Below, one piece after another: positions 46,599-55,018 of a stretch of DNA of 64,000 bases; position 1 is the stretch's first letter; each line of letters opens with the position of its first letter. The stretch comes from Anaerolineae bacterium (GTDB lineage: Bacteria > Chloroflexota > Anaerolineae > UBA1429). Below the pieces are notes generated by a model. It was not told the origin of the DNA. It made no database searches and saw only the letters and a program-made list of their open reading frames with translations. Both the position numbers and the translations under genes were made by a program. The stretch spans positions 1,571,602 through 1,635,601 of the forward strand of contig JBMNFN010000001.1 of NCBI GenBank assembly GCA_050949345.1, given 5' to 3'.

Positions 46599-48293
46599 CT
46601 ATCGGACAGCTTCCGCCAACTGCGCCACCGTGTCCTGCAGCGAGCCCACACGGGTGTGCATGGCCGCCGCCACGGGCGACAGAACCCCGTCAACGCTCAC
46701 TGTGGTGCCACTCTTCTCGAGCGAAGTGGGCATGGGCAGGATGACATCCGCCACGCCGTCCCACGGGGCTGCATAGCTGGCCAGCACCACCACAAAGGCA
46801 CCCTTCTTCAGAGCGTCCAGCAGGCACTGGTCGACATTAGCAGTCTCGCCAGCAGCCACCACGTACACATCGGCTGCCTGACCGGCAAAGGCCTCGGCAT
46901 AGCCGGCCTCCACCAGTCCGCGACCATTGCCTCCGGGAGCAAAGCTCAGCAGGCGAGCCTGCGGGGCAGCTGCCACCAGGCCATTGGCCGCCTCCAGGCC
47001 CTCGGGCCCGGCGATCACCAACGGATGCTCGGCTGCCTGGATCAGTTTGGCAGCCTCTGCCAGGTCATCACAGCAGAGCTGGCGTGCGGCCCACTTGGCC
47101 ATGCCTTCGCCAGCGTTGCCCACCAGCACCAGGCGCGCACCGCGTTTGCGAACGCCGCGCTTGACGGCCATACCCGCCACCTGATAGTCCTCCGCCAGGT
47201 CGATGCCTACGGCGACATACAGATCGGCGCGATCCAAGTCAGCAACCGTTGCGGTATTGCCAGCGGGCGGCAGGGCGTACATATAGTATTTGTTGCCCTT
47301 GACGGCATCGGCCAGGGCCTTGCCTTCTTCCACCGTCACAAAGCCCGAGGCGATGGTTGCGACCTTGTCGCCGGCGGCAGCCAGCTTGCCGGAGACCAGT
47401 TCCAGCGCAGCGTTCGGATCTGCGGCTACCCACTCACCATTCTGCTTTACCAACGGTTTGCGAACCCGATCACGGCGGTCATGCAGGGGATCAAAGCGTC
47501 CACGCACGCAGAGGAGTCCGTTGTTAGGCTTGGCCTCCCAGTCGCCCTCGACACGGATCACCCGCCCGTCGCGCACCACCAGCTCCTCCCCGCAACCGAC
47601 GGGGCAAGCCATACAAGTGCTCTTGACCCGCTCGATCTGGGCAGTAGCGCCCATATACGCCGAGGCACGATCCATCAGGGCACCGGTGGGGCACACCTGC
47701 AGGCAGGTGCCGCACGAAATACAGCTGGACTCGCCAAAGGGCACGCCCAGGTCCGCAATGATCATCGTGTCCGCGCCACGGTTCCTCATCCCCAGCGTAC
47801 CGTTGCCCACGAGCTCGTCACACACGCGAACGCAGCGACGGCACAGGATGCACCGGTTGTGGTCCATCGCAAAAAACTCGCGTGAGGCGTCCACCTCGAA
47901 CTTGGGCATGGGGCGCTCAAAAGCCCAGTGATCCAGCTCATAGTCATAGGCCAGATTCTGCAGCTCGCAGCTGCCGCTCATCTGACAGAACATGCAAAAG
48001 TGGTTGCGCTCAGAGAACAAGAGCTGCAACACAAACTGACGGGCACCGACGACCTTTTCCGACCGGGTCTGTACCACCATCCCCTCGAAAACGGGGAAGG
48101 TGCATGCCGGTTGCAGTGTGCGCTGCTTTTCGATCTCCACCAGGCACATCCGGCAGGCACCGATCGGCTCGATCGCGGGGTGATCGCATAGGGTGGGGAT
48201 ATTTACCCCTGCTCTCCTGGCCGCCTCGAGCACCGTACTGTTTGACGGCACCGAAATCTCGATGCCATCAATTGTAACGCGTACATCGGGCAT
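46599..48293 (-). CDS. HoxU/HydA-like Fe-S subunit with NuoG/FdhA-like C-terminal domain
   Basis: IPTLC..GACRMC..C ([2Fe-2S]), HFCMFC, CILCRRC, CISCGTC..CP, CMACPVGC...LC; no H-cluster motifs. Confidence 0.85.
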   Translation of the reverse strand: MPDVRVTIDGIEISVPSNSTVLEAARRAGVNIPTLCDHPAIEPIGACRMCLVEIEKQRTLQPACTFPVFEGMVVQTRSEKVVGARQFVLQLLFSERNHFCMFCQMSGSCELQNLAYDYELDHWAFERPMPKFEVDASREFFAMDHNRCILCRRCVRVCDELVGNGTLGMRNRGADTMIIADLGVPFGESSCISCGTCLQVCPTGALMDRASAYMGATAQIERVKSTCMACPVGCGEELVVRDGRVIRVEGDWEAKPNNGLLCVRGRFDPLHDRRDRVRKPLVKQNGEWVAADPNAALELVSGKLAAAGDKVATIASGFVTVEEGKALADAVKGNKYYMYALPPAGNTATVADLDRADLYVAVGIDLAEDYQVAGMAVKRGVRKRGARLVLVGNAGEGMAKWAARQLCCDDLAEAAKLIQAAEHPLVIAGPEGLEAANGLVAAAPQARLLSFAPGGNGRGLVEAGYAEAFAGQAADVYVVAAGETANVDQCLLDALKKGAFVVVLASYAAPWDGVADVILPMPTSLEKSGTTVSVDGVLSPVAAAMHTRVGSLQDTVAQLAEAVR

Positions 48294-48348
48294 GTTCCCT
48301 CTCCTCCTCTTCTAGCGTCCCGACCGACGTAATGTGCATCACGCTCAA

Positions 48349-48879
48349 TCACCTGCCCGCAGGCATCAACCCGCGTTCGGCAACCAGCTGCAGCAGCTTG
48401 TCCACCGCACGCTCCGCCAATGCCTCCGTCTCGGGTGACAATGTCCACCCAAAGTCGAAATCGTGCCCCTGCACGGAAAGCAGGTACGCTTGGGGCTTTT
48501 GCCCATAGAGCTGATCTGCCAGTGCAATCACCGTGCCGGGCCGCAGGTGGTGGCCCACCATACCGCCCTCAACGGCCGACTCTACCGACTGCCAGCTGAG
48601 TGGGTCCCAACCTGCCTCGGGCACATGGGCATCCACAAACACCACCGTCTCATACTCGGCGGCGAGTTCTGCCAACTCTGGAGCCAGCTGGTGCAGAAAA
48701 AGCACCTTGAGCCCCGGCTCCGGATCCAGCTCATCATCGCCACCGATCTCGTCCTCACCCAGCCCCAGCCTTTCCAACAGCCTCACCAGGATGTGGGCGG
48801 CGACGCCATCATCACGACGGCTGTCGTTTCCGTATCCCACAATCAGGAGAGACTGTGCCATCACCGACGACGCCATCAC
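48349..48879 (-). CDS. Hydrogenase maturation protease (HoxW-like)
   Basis: IVGYGN..R.DDG, HQLAPE, FVDA, GHH. Confidence 0.88.
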   Translation of the reverse strand: MMASSVMAQSLLIVGYGNDSRRDDGVAAHILVRLLERLGLGEDEIGGDDELDPEPGLKVLFLHQLAPELAELAAEYETVVFVDAHVPEAGWDPLSWQSVESAVEGGMVGHHLRPGTVIALADQLYGQKPQAYLLSVQGHDFDFGWTLSPETEALAERAVDKLLQLVAERGLMPAGR

Positions 48880-48961
48880 AGCGCTGCTCCCCCAGCCGTT
48901 CCATACCGGCTAGAGTGCGCCAACGTCGTACGAGATGCAGCCGGGACGGCCTGTTGCATGA

Positions 48962-50818
48962 TCACTTGCCAAAGGTCCCAACACGAATCAGTTCGGTAGG
49001 AACCTCAATCGTCTCGCCCGAGAGCCGCACAACCGAGTCAAAGGGGCAGACTTCCTGGCAGGTTCCACACTTGATACAACCGTCCTGATTGATGATGTGA
49101 ATCATCCGACGATCGCCTTCGATCACCTGCACCGGGCAGGATCGCTTGCAGATGCCGCAACCCCGGCAGGCATTGGGATCGATGTAGAAGGACGTGAGCG
49201 CTACACACTGTTTGGCAGGGCACCGCTTTTCCAGCACGTGCGCCTCAAACTCGTCCCTGAAATAGCGCAGGGCGCTGAGAATGGGCCCAGGGGTCAGCTG
49301 ACCCAGCGCGCAGAGCGAGTTCTGGTCCATCCCGCGGGCAATCTCTTCGATGGTGGCGATGTCCTCCATCGTGCCGTTACCCTCGGTGATGCGGGTGAGC
49401 AGCTCGAGCATGCGCATGCCACCCACGCGGCAGGGTACACACTTGCCGCACGATTCGGCGGTAGCAAAGGTCAAAAAGTACTTGCAGAACTCGACCATGC
49501 AGGTGTCTTCGTCCACCACGATCATACCGCCCGAGCCCATCACGGCGCCAGCGGCGCGAAGGGAATCAAAGTCCACATTGAGGTCGAGCCTGGAGGCGGG
49601 CAGACAGCCACCCAGGGGGCCACCGGTCTGCACGGCCTTGAACTCTTTGCCGTTGGGCACGCCGCCACCGATGTCATAAATGATCTCGCGCAGCGTGATG
49701 CCCATGGGCACTTCGATCAGGCCGGTGTTGTTCACCTTGCCCGTCAGAGCAAAGATCGCCGTGCCGGGGCTCTTTTCCGTGCCGATGGCGGCGAACCAGG
49801 CGGCGCCGTTGCGGATGATGGCCGGCACGTTGGCATAGCTCTTGACGTTGTTCACGTTGGTGGGCTTGTCCCACAAGCCCTGGTTAGCAGGGAACGGCGG
49901 GCGCGGCCGAGGCTCACCGCGGCGGCCCTCGATGGAGGCGATCAACGCCGTCTCCTCACCGCACACAAAGGCGCCAGCGCCCTCTTTGACTTTGAGCTGA
50001 AAGTCAAAGCCGCTGCCAAAGATGTCCTTGCCCATGAGGCCGTACTCGGTGGCCTGCTTGATGGCCAACTGCAGGCGCTCGATGGCCAAGGGGTACTCGG
50101 CGCGGCAGTATACATAGCCTTCGTGCGAACCGACGGCATAGCCGCAGATCATCATGCCTTCGATAACAGCATGGGGATCGCCCTCGAGGATGGAGCGGTC
50201 CATAAAGGCACCGGGGTCGCCCTCGTCAGCGTTGCACACCACATACTTGATGTCGCCGGCGGCGCGGGCGGTAAAATCCCACTTGAGGCCGGTGAGAAAG
50301 CCTGCGCCACCGCGGCCGCGCAGGCCCGAAGCCTTCATTTCGGCGATGACTTCCTGAGGGGTCATCTCGGTGAGTACTTTGCCCAGCGCCTCGTACCCCC
50401 CACGGGCGATGTACTCATCGATGCTCTCGGGATCGATCACGCCGCAGTTGCGCAGCGTGATACGCTGCTGCTTGGAATAAAAGGGAATGTCCTCGTAGAG
50501 GGGAACCGCCTGTTGTGTGTCAGGTGCCTCGTAAACCAGTCGGCTTACGACACGGCCCTTGACCAGCGTCTCTTCGACGAGCTCCTCTACATCCTCGGCG
50601 TGCACCTGGCAGTAAAAGATGCCCTCCGGATACACGATCACCACAGGGCCCATGGCGCAAAAGCCACGACATCCAGTCTCGACGACCCGGACCTCATCCT
50701 GCAGCCCGCGTCGCTCGATCTCGGCCCTCATCGCCTCCAGTGTGCTTTGCGAGCCCGATGACGTACAACCGGTGCCAGCGCATACCAGGACATTCGCCCG
50801 GTACAACGGATCCAACAT
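48962..50818 (-). CDS. NuoF/HoxF/HydB-like FMN- and NAD(H)-binding subunit
   Basis: N-terminal thioredoxin-like [2Fe-2S], SGLRGRGGAGF, CNADEGDPGAFMDR, GAGAFVCGEET, ESCGKCVPCR, C-terminal 2x[4Fe-4S]. Confidence 0.92.
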   Translation of the reverse strand: MLDPLYRANVLVCAGTGCTSSGSQSTLEAMRAEIERRGLQDEVRVVETGCRGFCAMGPVVIVYPEGIFYCQVHAEDVEELVEETLVKGRVVSRLVYEAPDTQQAVPLYEDIPFYSKQQRITLRNCGVIDPESIDEYIARGGYEALGKVLTEMTPQEVIAEMKASGLRGRGGAGFLTGLKWDFTARAAGDIKYVVCNADEGDPGAFMDRSILEGDPHAVIEGMMICGYAVGSHEGYVYCRAEYPLAIERLQLAIKQATEYGLMGKDIFGSGFDFQLKVKEGAGAFVCGEETALIASIEGRRGEPRPRPPFPANQGLWDKPTNVNNVKSYANVPAIIRNGAAWFAAIGTEKSPGTAIFALTGKVNNTGLIEVPMGITLREIIYDIGGGVPNGKEFKAVQTGGPLGGCLPASRLDLNVDFDSLRAAGAVMGSGGMIVVDEDTCMVEFCKYFLTFATAESCGKCVPCRVGGMRMLELLTRITEGNGTMEDIATIEEIARGMDQNSLCALGQLTPGPILSALRYFRDEFEAHVLEKRCPAKQCVALTSFYIDPNACRGCGICKRSCPVQVIEGDRRMIHIINQDGCIKCGTCQEVCPFDSVVRLSGETIEVPTELIRVGTFGK

Positions 50819-50884
50819 CTCTTGCCCTCCTGGCCTAAATGGGTTGGAAACTTGTGGCGGCCTCATCGGCAGCCGGAAAACACC

Positions 50885-51259
50885 TTACGCGTCCTGCAGG
50901 CGGCCGACAACCCACTCCTCGACAACCTGCCCCTTCTTGAGGTGCTCGTCGATCAGCCTGGGCACCATGTCGGGCGTGACGTTTCCATAGGTCACTCGCG
51001 GCTTGCCAGCCTGCACGATATCGACCAAGGGCTCACGAGCGCACATGCCAATACACCCAACGGTGGTGATGTGGGCCTCGATATCGCGCTTTCGGATCTC
51101 TTCCATGATGGCATGCATGGTGTCACGGGCACCGGCAGCGATGCCGCAGGTTCCCATACCGACGATGATGGTCGTACCCGTGTCGCGACGGGTACTGATG
51201 TCCTTGTCCACCCGCTCCCGCAGGCTGCGCAGTGCTTCCAGCGATTTGATCTGTGCCAT
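50885..51259 (-). CDS. Thioredoxin-like [2Fe-2S] ferredoxin (HydD/HndB-like)
   Basis: VGMGTCGIAAGA, VGCIGMC..EP. Confidence 0.87.
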   Translation of the reverse strand: MAQIKSLEALRSLRERVDKDISTRRDTGTTIIVGMGTCGIAAGARDTMHAIMEEIRKRDIEAHITTVGCIGMCAREPLVDIVQAGKPRVTYGNVTPDMVPRLIDEHLKKGQVVEEWVVGRLQDA

Positions 51260-51298
51260 TGAATATCTCCTTATGACTGCCTTGTCTGACGACGGTGC

Positions 51299-51856
51299 TC
51301 AGGCCTCAACCTGCCCGTAAAGCTCTTTGTACCCTTCGCGTAGATACTCTACCAACCAATCGCGCACGGCGGGGTGTCCAAAGGGGACATCGCCCAGGAC
51401 CTCCCGCAGCTCTGCCGTATCCAGCACCAGTTCGCGCTCGTCAATCCGGTGCACATAGTGCAGGTCCCAGTTATCCCGATCACTCAGCAAAGCGCCCATC
51501 AGCGCCGAGATCATGTCACCCAGCGGGGCACGATCGATGTGGTCACGCTGAAAGCGCGCCACCACGGTGGTGCCCTTGCCAGGCTCTGACTCGAGACTGA
51601 AGCTGCCAGCGCAACGCTCGGCGGCCGCCTTGGTCAAGGGCAACCCCAACCCCACGTGGCGTGTGGTGCGCGTCGTATAGTAGGGATCGACCGCCCTCGC
51701 GCGGGTCTCGGCATCCATACCGCGCCCATCATCCGCCACCACGATGGTGAGGGTGTTGGCGACCGTGTCCTCGAGGATGCTCACCTCCAGCCGATGCGCC
51801 CCGGCTGCGAGTGAGTTCTCCATCAGGTCCAGCACGTGCAGGGAGAGCTCGCGCAC
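51299..51856 (-). CDS. Stand-alone GHKL/HATPase protein of hydrogenase operons
   Basis: ELSLHVLD..ENS, DDGRGM, DPYYTTRTTR.VGLG, HIDRAPLG. Confidence 0.85.
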   Translation of the reverse strand: MRELSLHVLDLMENSLAAGAHRLEVSILEDTVANTLTIVVADDGRGMDAETRARAVDPYYTTRTTRHVGLGLPLTKAAAERCAGSFSLESEPGKGTTVVARFQRDHIDRAPLGDMISALMGALLSDRDNWDLHYVHRIDERELVLDTAELREVLGDVPFGHPAVRDWLVEYLREGYKELYGQVEA

Positions 51857-52347
51857 TATTCCAGTTCGCGGACGAGCTTCTGAATCTTTTCAGGAACCAG
51901 CCGACCGACCACATGTCCGTCGATCACGGCCATGGGCGCCAGGGCACAGGAGCCGAGGCAATACACCACCTCAACGGTGACGCGATAGTCAGGGGTGGTT
52001 TCACCGGCCTTGATGCCCAGCTCCTCTTCCAGCGTGGTCACCAGGCGGGGCGCCCCCTTGACGTGGCACGCGGTGCCATCGCAAATGTTCACAATGTGAC
52101 GGCCACGCCGCTGCAGATAGAACTGTGAATAAAAGGTCGCAACGCCATAGATCTGCGCCAGCGAGAAACCTGTCCGCTCCGAGATGACGTTGAGCGCCTC
52201 TTCCGGCAGGTAGCCGTAGGCCGCCTGAGTTCTCTGCAGTATCGGGATGATCGCGCCCTCCACGCCACCATACTCGTTCAGAATCTCTTCCAGCGCCCCC
52301 GGATCGAACGTATCGTTGCTCGCGACCTTGGTCTCCTCAAGCACCAC
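51856..52347 (-). CDS. NuoE/HoxE/HydC-like [2Fe-2S] subunit
   Basis: YGVATFY, ICDGTACHVKG, CLGSCALAP. Confidence 0.92.
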   Translation of the reverse strand: MVLEETKVASNDTFDPGALEEILNEYGGVEGAIIPILQRTQAAYGYLPEEALNVISERTGFSLAQIYGVATFYSQFYLQRRGRHIVNICDGTACHVKGAPRLVTTLEEELGIKAGETTPDYRVTVEVVYCLGSCALAPMAVIDGHVVGRLVPEKIQKLVRELE

Positions 52348-52350
52348 GTC

Positions 52351-53136
52351 TCATCCTCCCCACTGAGCTATTCTCTCGTCAGCACCCTCGATCACACACA
52401 CCTGGCGCCCGCCTTCTCCTCGCAGCGCCCTTGCAAGCTCTGCGACGGTGCGGCTGGCCATTGTGGCCTGGGTGCGCACCGTCATGTCAGACAGCTGGTG
52501 CGCATCGCTTGAAGCGATCAGTGGCCAGTGATTCAGGTTGGCATACGCCTTGCGAAAACTCGCAGCCGATTGCCTCCTGCTGATCTCCAGTCCGCCCAGT
52601 GCCAGGTCCTCAGGCACAAAGCCCAAGTTAGCCAGCAGGCTGTAAGAGGGCCGGTCAACGTGAGCAGCAATCGCCAGCCCTTGCAGCTCCTGCACCCCGG
52701 CCACAACATCCTCCACCGACATGTCGGTGGAGGTCAAAAGCAAGCGCTCATTGTCGCAGATGTACTCTCCTGTCGAATCCACGACAAACTGTGCCCCGAA
52801 CACCTCTGGGCGGTTGGGCACTGCTGGCAAACTGTTATACACCCTCGCCTGCCATGCGCAAATCTGCTCCGCCGTGTCAAAGAGACACAGCATATGAACC
52901 TCTTCGCGCGTCTGGACCTCCATCCCTGCAATCACTTTGAGCACGGTGCCCTGCGCAGCTTGCTGCACTGCACGCACGTTCTCTGCGGTGTTATGGTCCG
53001 TAATCGCAATCATGTCCAGCCCCAACTCGATGGCGCGCTCCACGATAAAGGGGGGGATCATCTCGACCTCGGCACAGGGAGAGACCACAGTGTGAATGTG
53101 CAGATCCATCTTGAAGGGGATCAGGTCGCTGGGCAT
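52351..53136 (-). CDS. PHP-domain phosphoesterase
   Basis: DLHIHT..SPC, AITDHN, GMEVQTREEVH, AHVDR, SSDAH. Confidence 0.88.
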   Translation of the reverse strand: MPSDLIPFKMDLHIHTVVSPCAEVEMIPPFIVERAIELGLDMIAITDHNTAENVRAVQQAAQGTVLKVIAGMEVQTREEVHMLCLFDTAEQICAWQARVYNSLPAVPNRPEVFGAQFVVDSTGEYICDNERLLLTSTDMSVEDVVAGVQELQGLAIAAHVDRPSYSLLANLGFVPEDLALGGLEISRRQSAASFRKAYANLNHWPLIASSDAHQLSDMTVRTQATMASRTVAELARALRGEGGRQVCVIEGADERIAQWGG

Positions 53137-53159
53137 GTCCGTTGCCGCCTCGCTACCAG

Positions 53160-53519
53160 TCAGCCGCCATTCTCCGAGCCGGCCACGCCTATCCCCTGAG
53201 CAAAGAGCTGGCCAACCACCCCAAAGGTGCCCTGGCCAGAGAGCAAGATGGGAATTCCCCTCTCATTGGCACGCTCGATGGTGGCGTCATCGGGCCTGGC
53301 CCCCTCTGTGATGACGATACAGGCCAATCCCAGCAAGTCACCTACTGCCACGACGTTCTGATGGGCCTGAAGCGTCACCCACACGTCGCCAGCATGGGCA
53401 CCGGCCATCACGCAACTCAGCATGTCCGAGGCGTATCCCCCCGTGATCTCCCTCTCCATGCCCTCTGTAGCCGAAAGGACCTCCAAGCCAAGGCTCCGGA
53501 CGATATCTCCTACGTTCAC
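53160..53519 (-). CDS. DRTGG-domain protein
   Basis: GGYASDMLSCVM, VWVTLQ.H.NVVAV. Confidence 0.85.
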   Translation of the reverse strand: MNVGDIVRSLGLEVLSATEGMEREITGGYASDMLSCVMAGAHAGDVWVTLQAHQNVVAVGDLLGLACIVITEGARPDDATIERANERGIPILLSGQGTFGVVGQLFAQGIGVAGSENGG

Positions 53520-54484
53520 TGGTCACTCCCGGTTGATAGATCGAATACCATCTCCAGCCGCGTCCCCTGCCCCACCACCGACGTGAGGTTCATCTGGTCG
53601 GTACAGGCGCGAATGTTGTACAACCCCATGCCAGCACCAAAACCCAACTCGCGGATCCAGTCCGGGGCGGTGGAATAACCTGCCTCAACTGCCTGCTCGA
53701 CATCGGGAATTCCGGGCCCGTTGTCGATGGCCACCACCTTGACCTGGTCGGGTCGCGCTTCCACGATGATCTCTCCGCCGGTGGTATGGATCATGAGATT
53801 GGTCTCGGCCTCATAGGTGGCCACCGAGATCCGCCTGAGGACCTGCGGATGGGCGCCGAGCCGCTCCAAAGCCCGCTTGACCTTGCTGGATGCCTCGCCG
53901 CCGTGCATGAAATCCTGAGCCACCACGCTGTACTGCAACAACAGCGTAGTGTTCTCTGACTCGATATCCTGAAAGATATGACTGGCCCGGTACCGACGGA
54001 TCTCTTCCGAATGCCAGAGCTCCTCCAGACGCTTGAGCAAGCCACGCACCACGTCACCCTGGGTAAGCATGCCCACCAGCTGCCCCTGGTCGTTGATCAC
54101 AGGGAAGCGGCCGTAACCGAATCGAGCAAAGAGCGATACCGCACCGGCCAGAGAGTCATCAGCGCGCACTGCCTGAACATGGCGCGTCATCTTTTCCCGG
54201 ATCGGGTGATCCGCCTCTCCATGCTCCAGAGCTTTGATCAGGCTGGCCACACTGATCATGCCCACCATGGCACCGTTCTCCACGATGGGCACACCCGAGA
54301 TGCGGTTCGTGCGCAGTACTTCTTTGAGCTCGATCATGGTCTGGTCCGGGGCGCAGGTGATCACATCACGGGTCATCACCTGGTCAACTTTGAGCTCATA
54401 GACCAGTTCCTGCACTTTGGTCAGGCGCGCATGCGGTCCCCCTGCGGTGCCGGTCGACCTGTTTTCGCTCTGCTCATCTGCCAT
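53516..54484 (-). CDS. CBS-pair fused to RsbT-like anti-sigma Ser/Thr kinase (HATPase)
   Basis: ISGVPIV and GRFPV CBS motifs; YEAETN..IH, DNGPGI, GYST, GFGAGMGL; ATG 54484. Confidence 0.85.
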   Translation of the reverse strand: MADEQSENRSTGTAGGPHARLTKVQELVYELKVDQVMTRDVITCAPDQTMIELKEVLRTNRISGVPIVENGAMVGMISVASLIKALEHGEADHPIREKMTRHVQAVRADDSLAGAVSLFARFGYGRFPVINDQGQLVGMLTQGDVVRGLLKRLEELWHSEEIRRYRASHIFQDIESENTTLLLQYSVVAQDFMHGGEASSKVKRALERLGAHPQVLRRISVATYEAETNLMIHTTGGEIIVEARPDQVKVVAIDNGPGIPDVEQAVEAGYSTAPDWIRELGFGAGMGLYNIRACTDQMNLTSVVGQGTRLEMVFDLSTGSDQ

Positions 54485-54512
54485 GGTTTTACCAGCTCTT
54501 TGCTGCAGCCCT

Positions 54513-54899
54513 TTAACTGGCCCCAGAATGCTCCGCCTCGTCGGACAAACTAAATAGTCCGCAACTTGGCAGCCCCTGGGCGTACAACAGGCCACAAGTC
54601 TCGTACATGGTGAAACGTGAAGTGAGCAGGGGAATTCCCATCATCTCGGCCAGCCGAATGGTCTCCGGTGGAGGCGTCTTGCCTCGCACAAAGACGATGG
54701 CCTTGATCCCTGCCATTTCACTGGTTCGAACCACTTGCGGATTCGTAAGGCCAGTCATGAGAAGCGTGCCCGAATGCGTAAAGGCCAACACATCGCTCAT
54801 CAGATCCGCACCACAGGCCATTTCTACCTCGATGTCAAGGTCGGCGCCTGCGCTGAGAACCTGGCCATCAATAACCCCAAGGATCTTTTGCAGTTTCAA
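54513..54899 (-). CDS. DRTGG-domain protein
   Basis: GADLMSDVLA, TGLTNPQVVRT, VFVRGK. Confidence 0.85.
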   Translation of the reverse strand: MKLQKILGVIDGQVLSAGADLDIEVEMACGADLMSDVLAFTHSGTLLMTGLTNPQVVRTSEMAGIKAIVFVRGKTPPPETIRLAEMMGIPLLTSRFTMYETCGLLYAQGLPSCGLFSLSDEAEHSGAS

Positions 54900-54936
54900 C
54901 TCGCCACGTCCATTGGAGCGTGCCCCCCCTGCGACA

Positions 54937-54954
54937 TTGTGAATTATATCACTA
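54937..54954 (-). promoter_or_regulatory. Extended -10 promoter of the hydrogenase operon overlapped by a Rex-like operator
   Basis: Plus strand TTGTGAATTATATCACTA versus Rex consensus TTGTGAA-N4-TTCACAA; minus strand reads TGATATAAT (54951-54943). Confidence 0.6.
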
Positions 54955-55018
54955 TCTCACGATACGTCGAACCGCCCACATCGTTCCCTCTATGTTCAAG
55001 GTGTGGCAGACGTGCCCG

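Noticed and set aside
48962-52347. Respiratory complex I nuoEF genes
   Set aside because: No membrane nuo subunits; embedded with hydrogenase large/small subunits and a maturation protease
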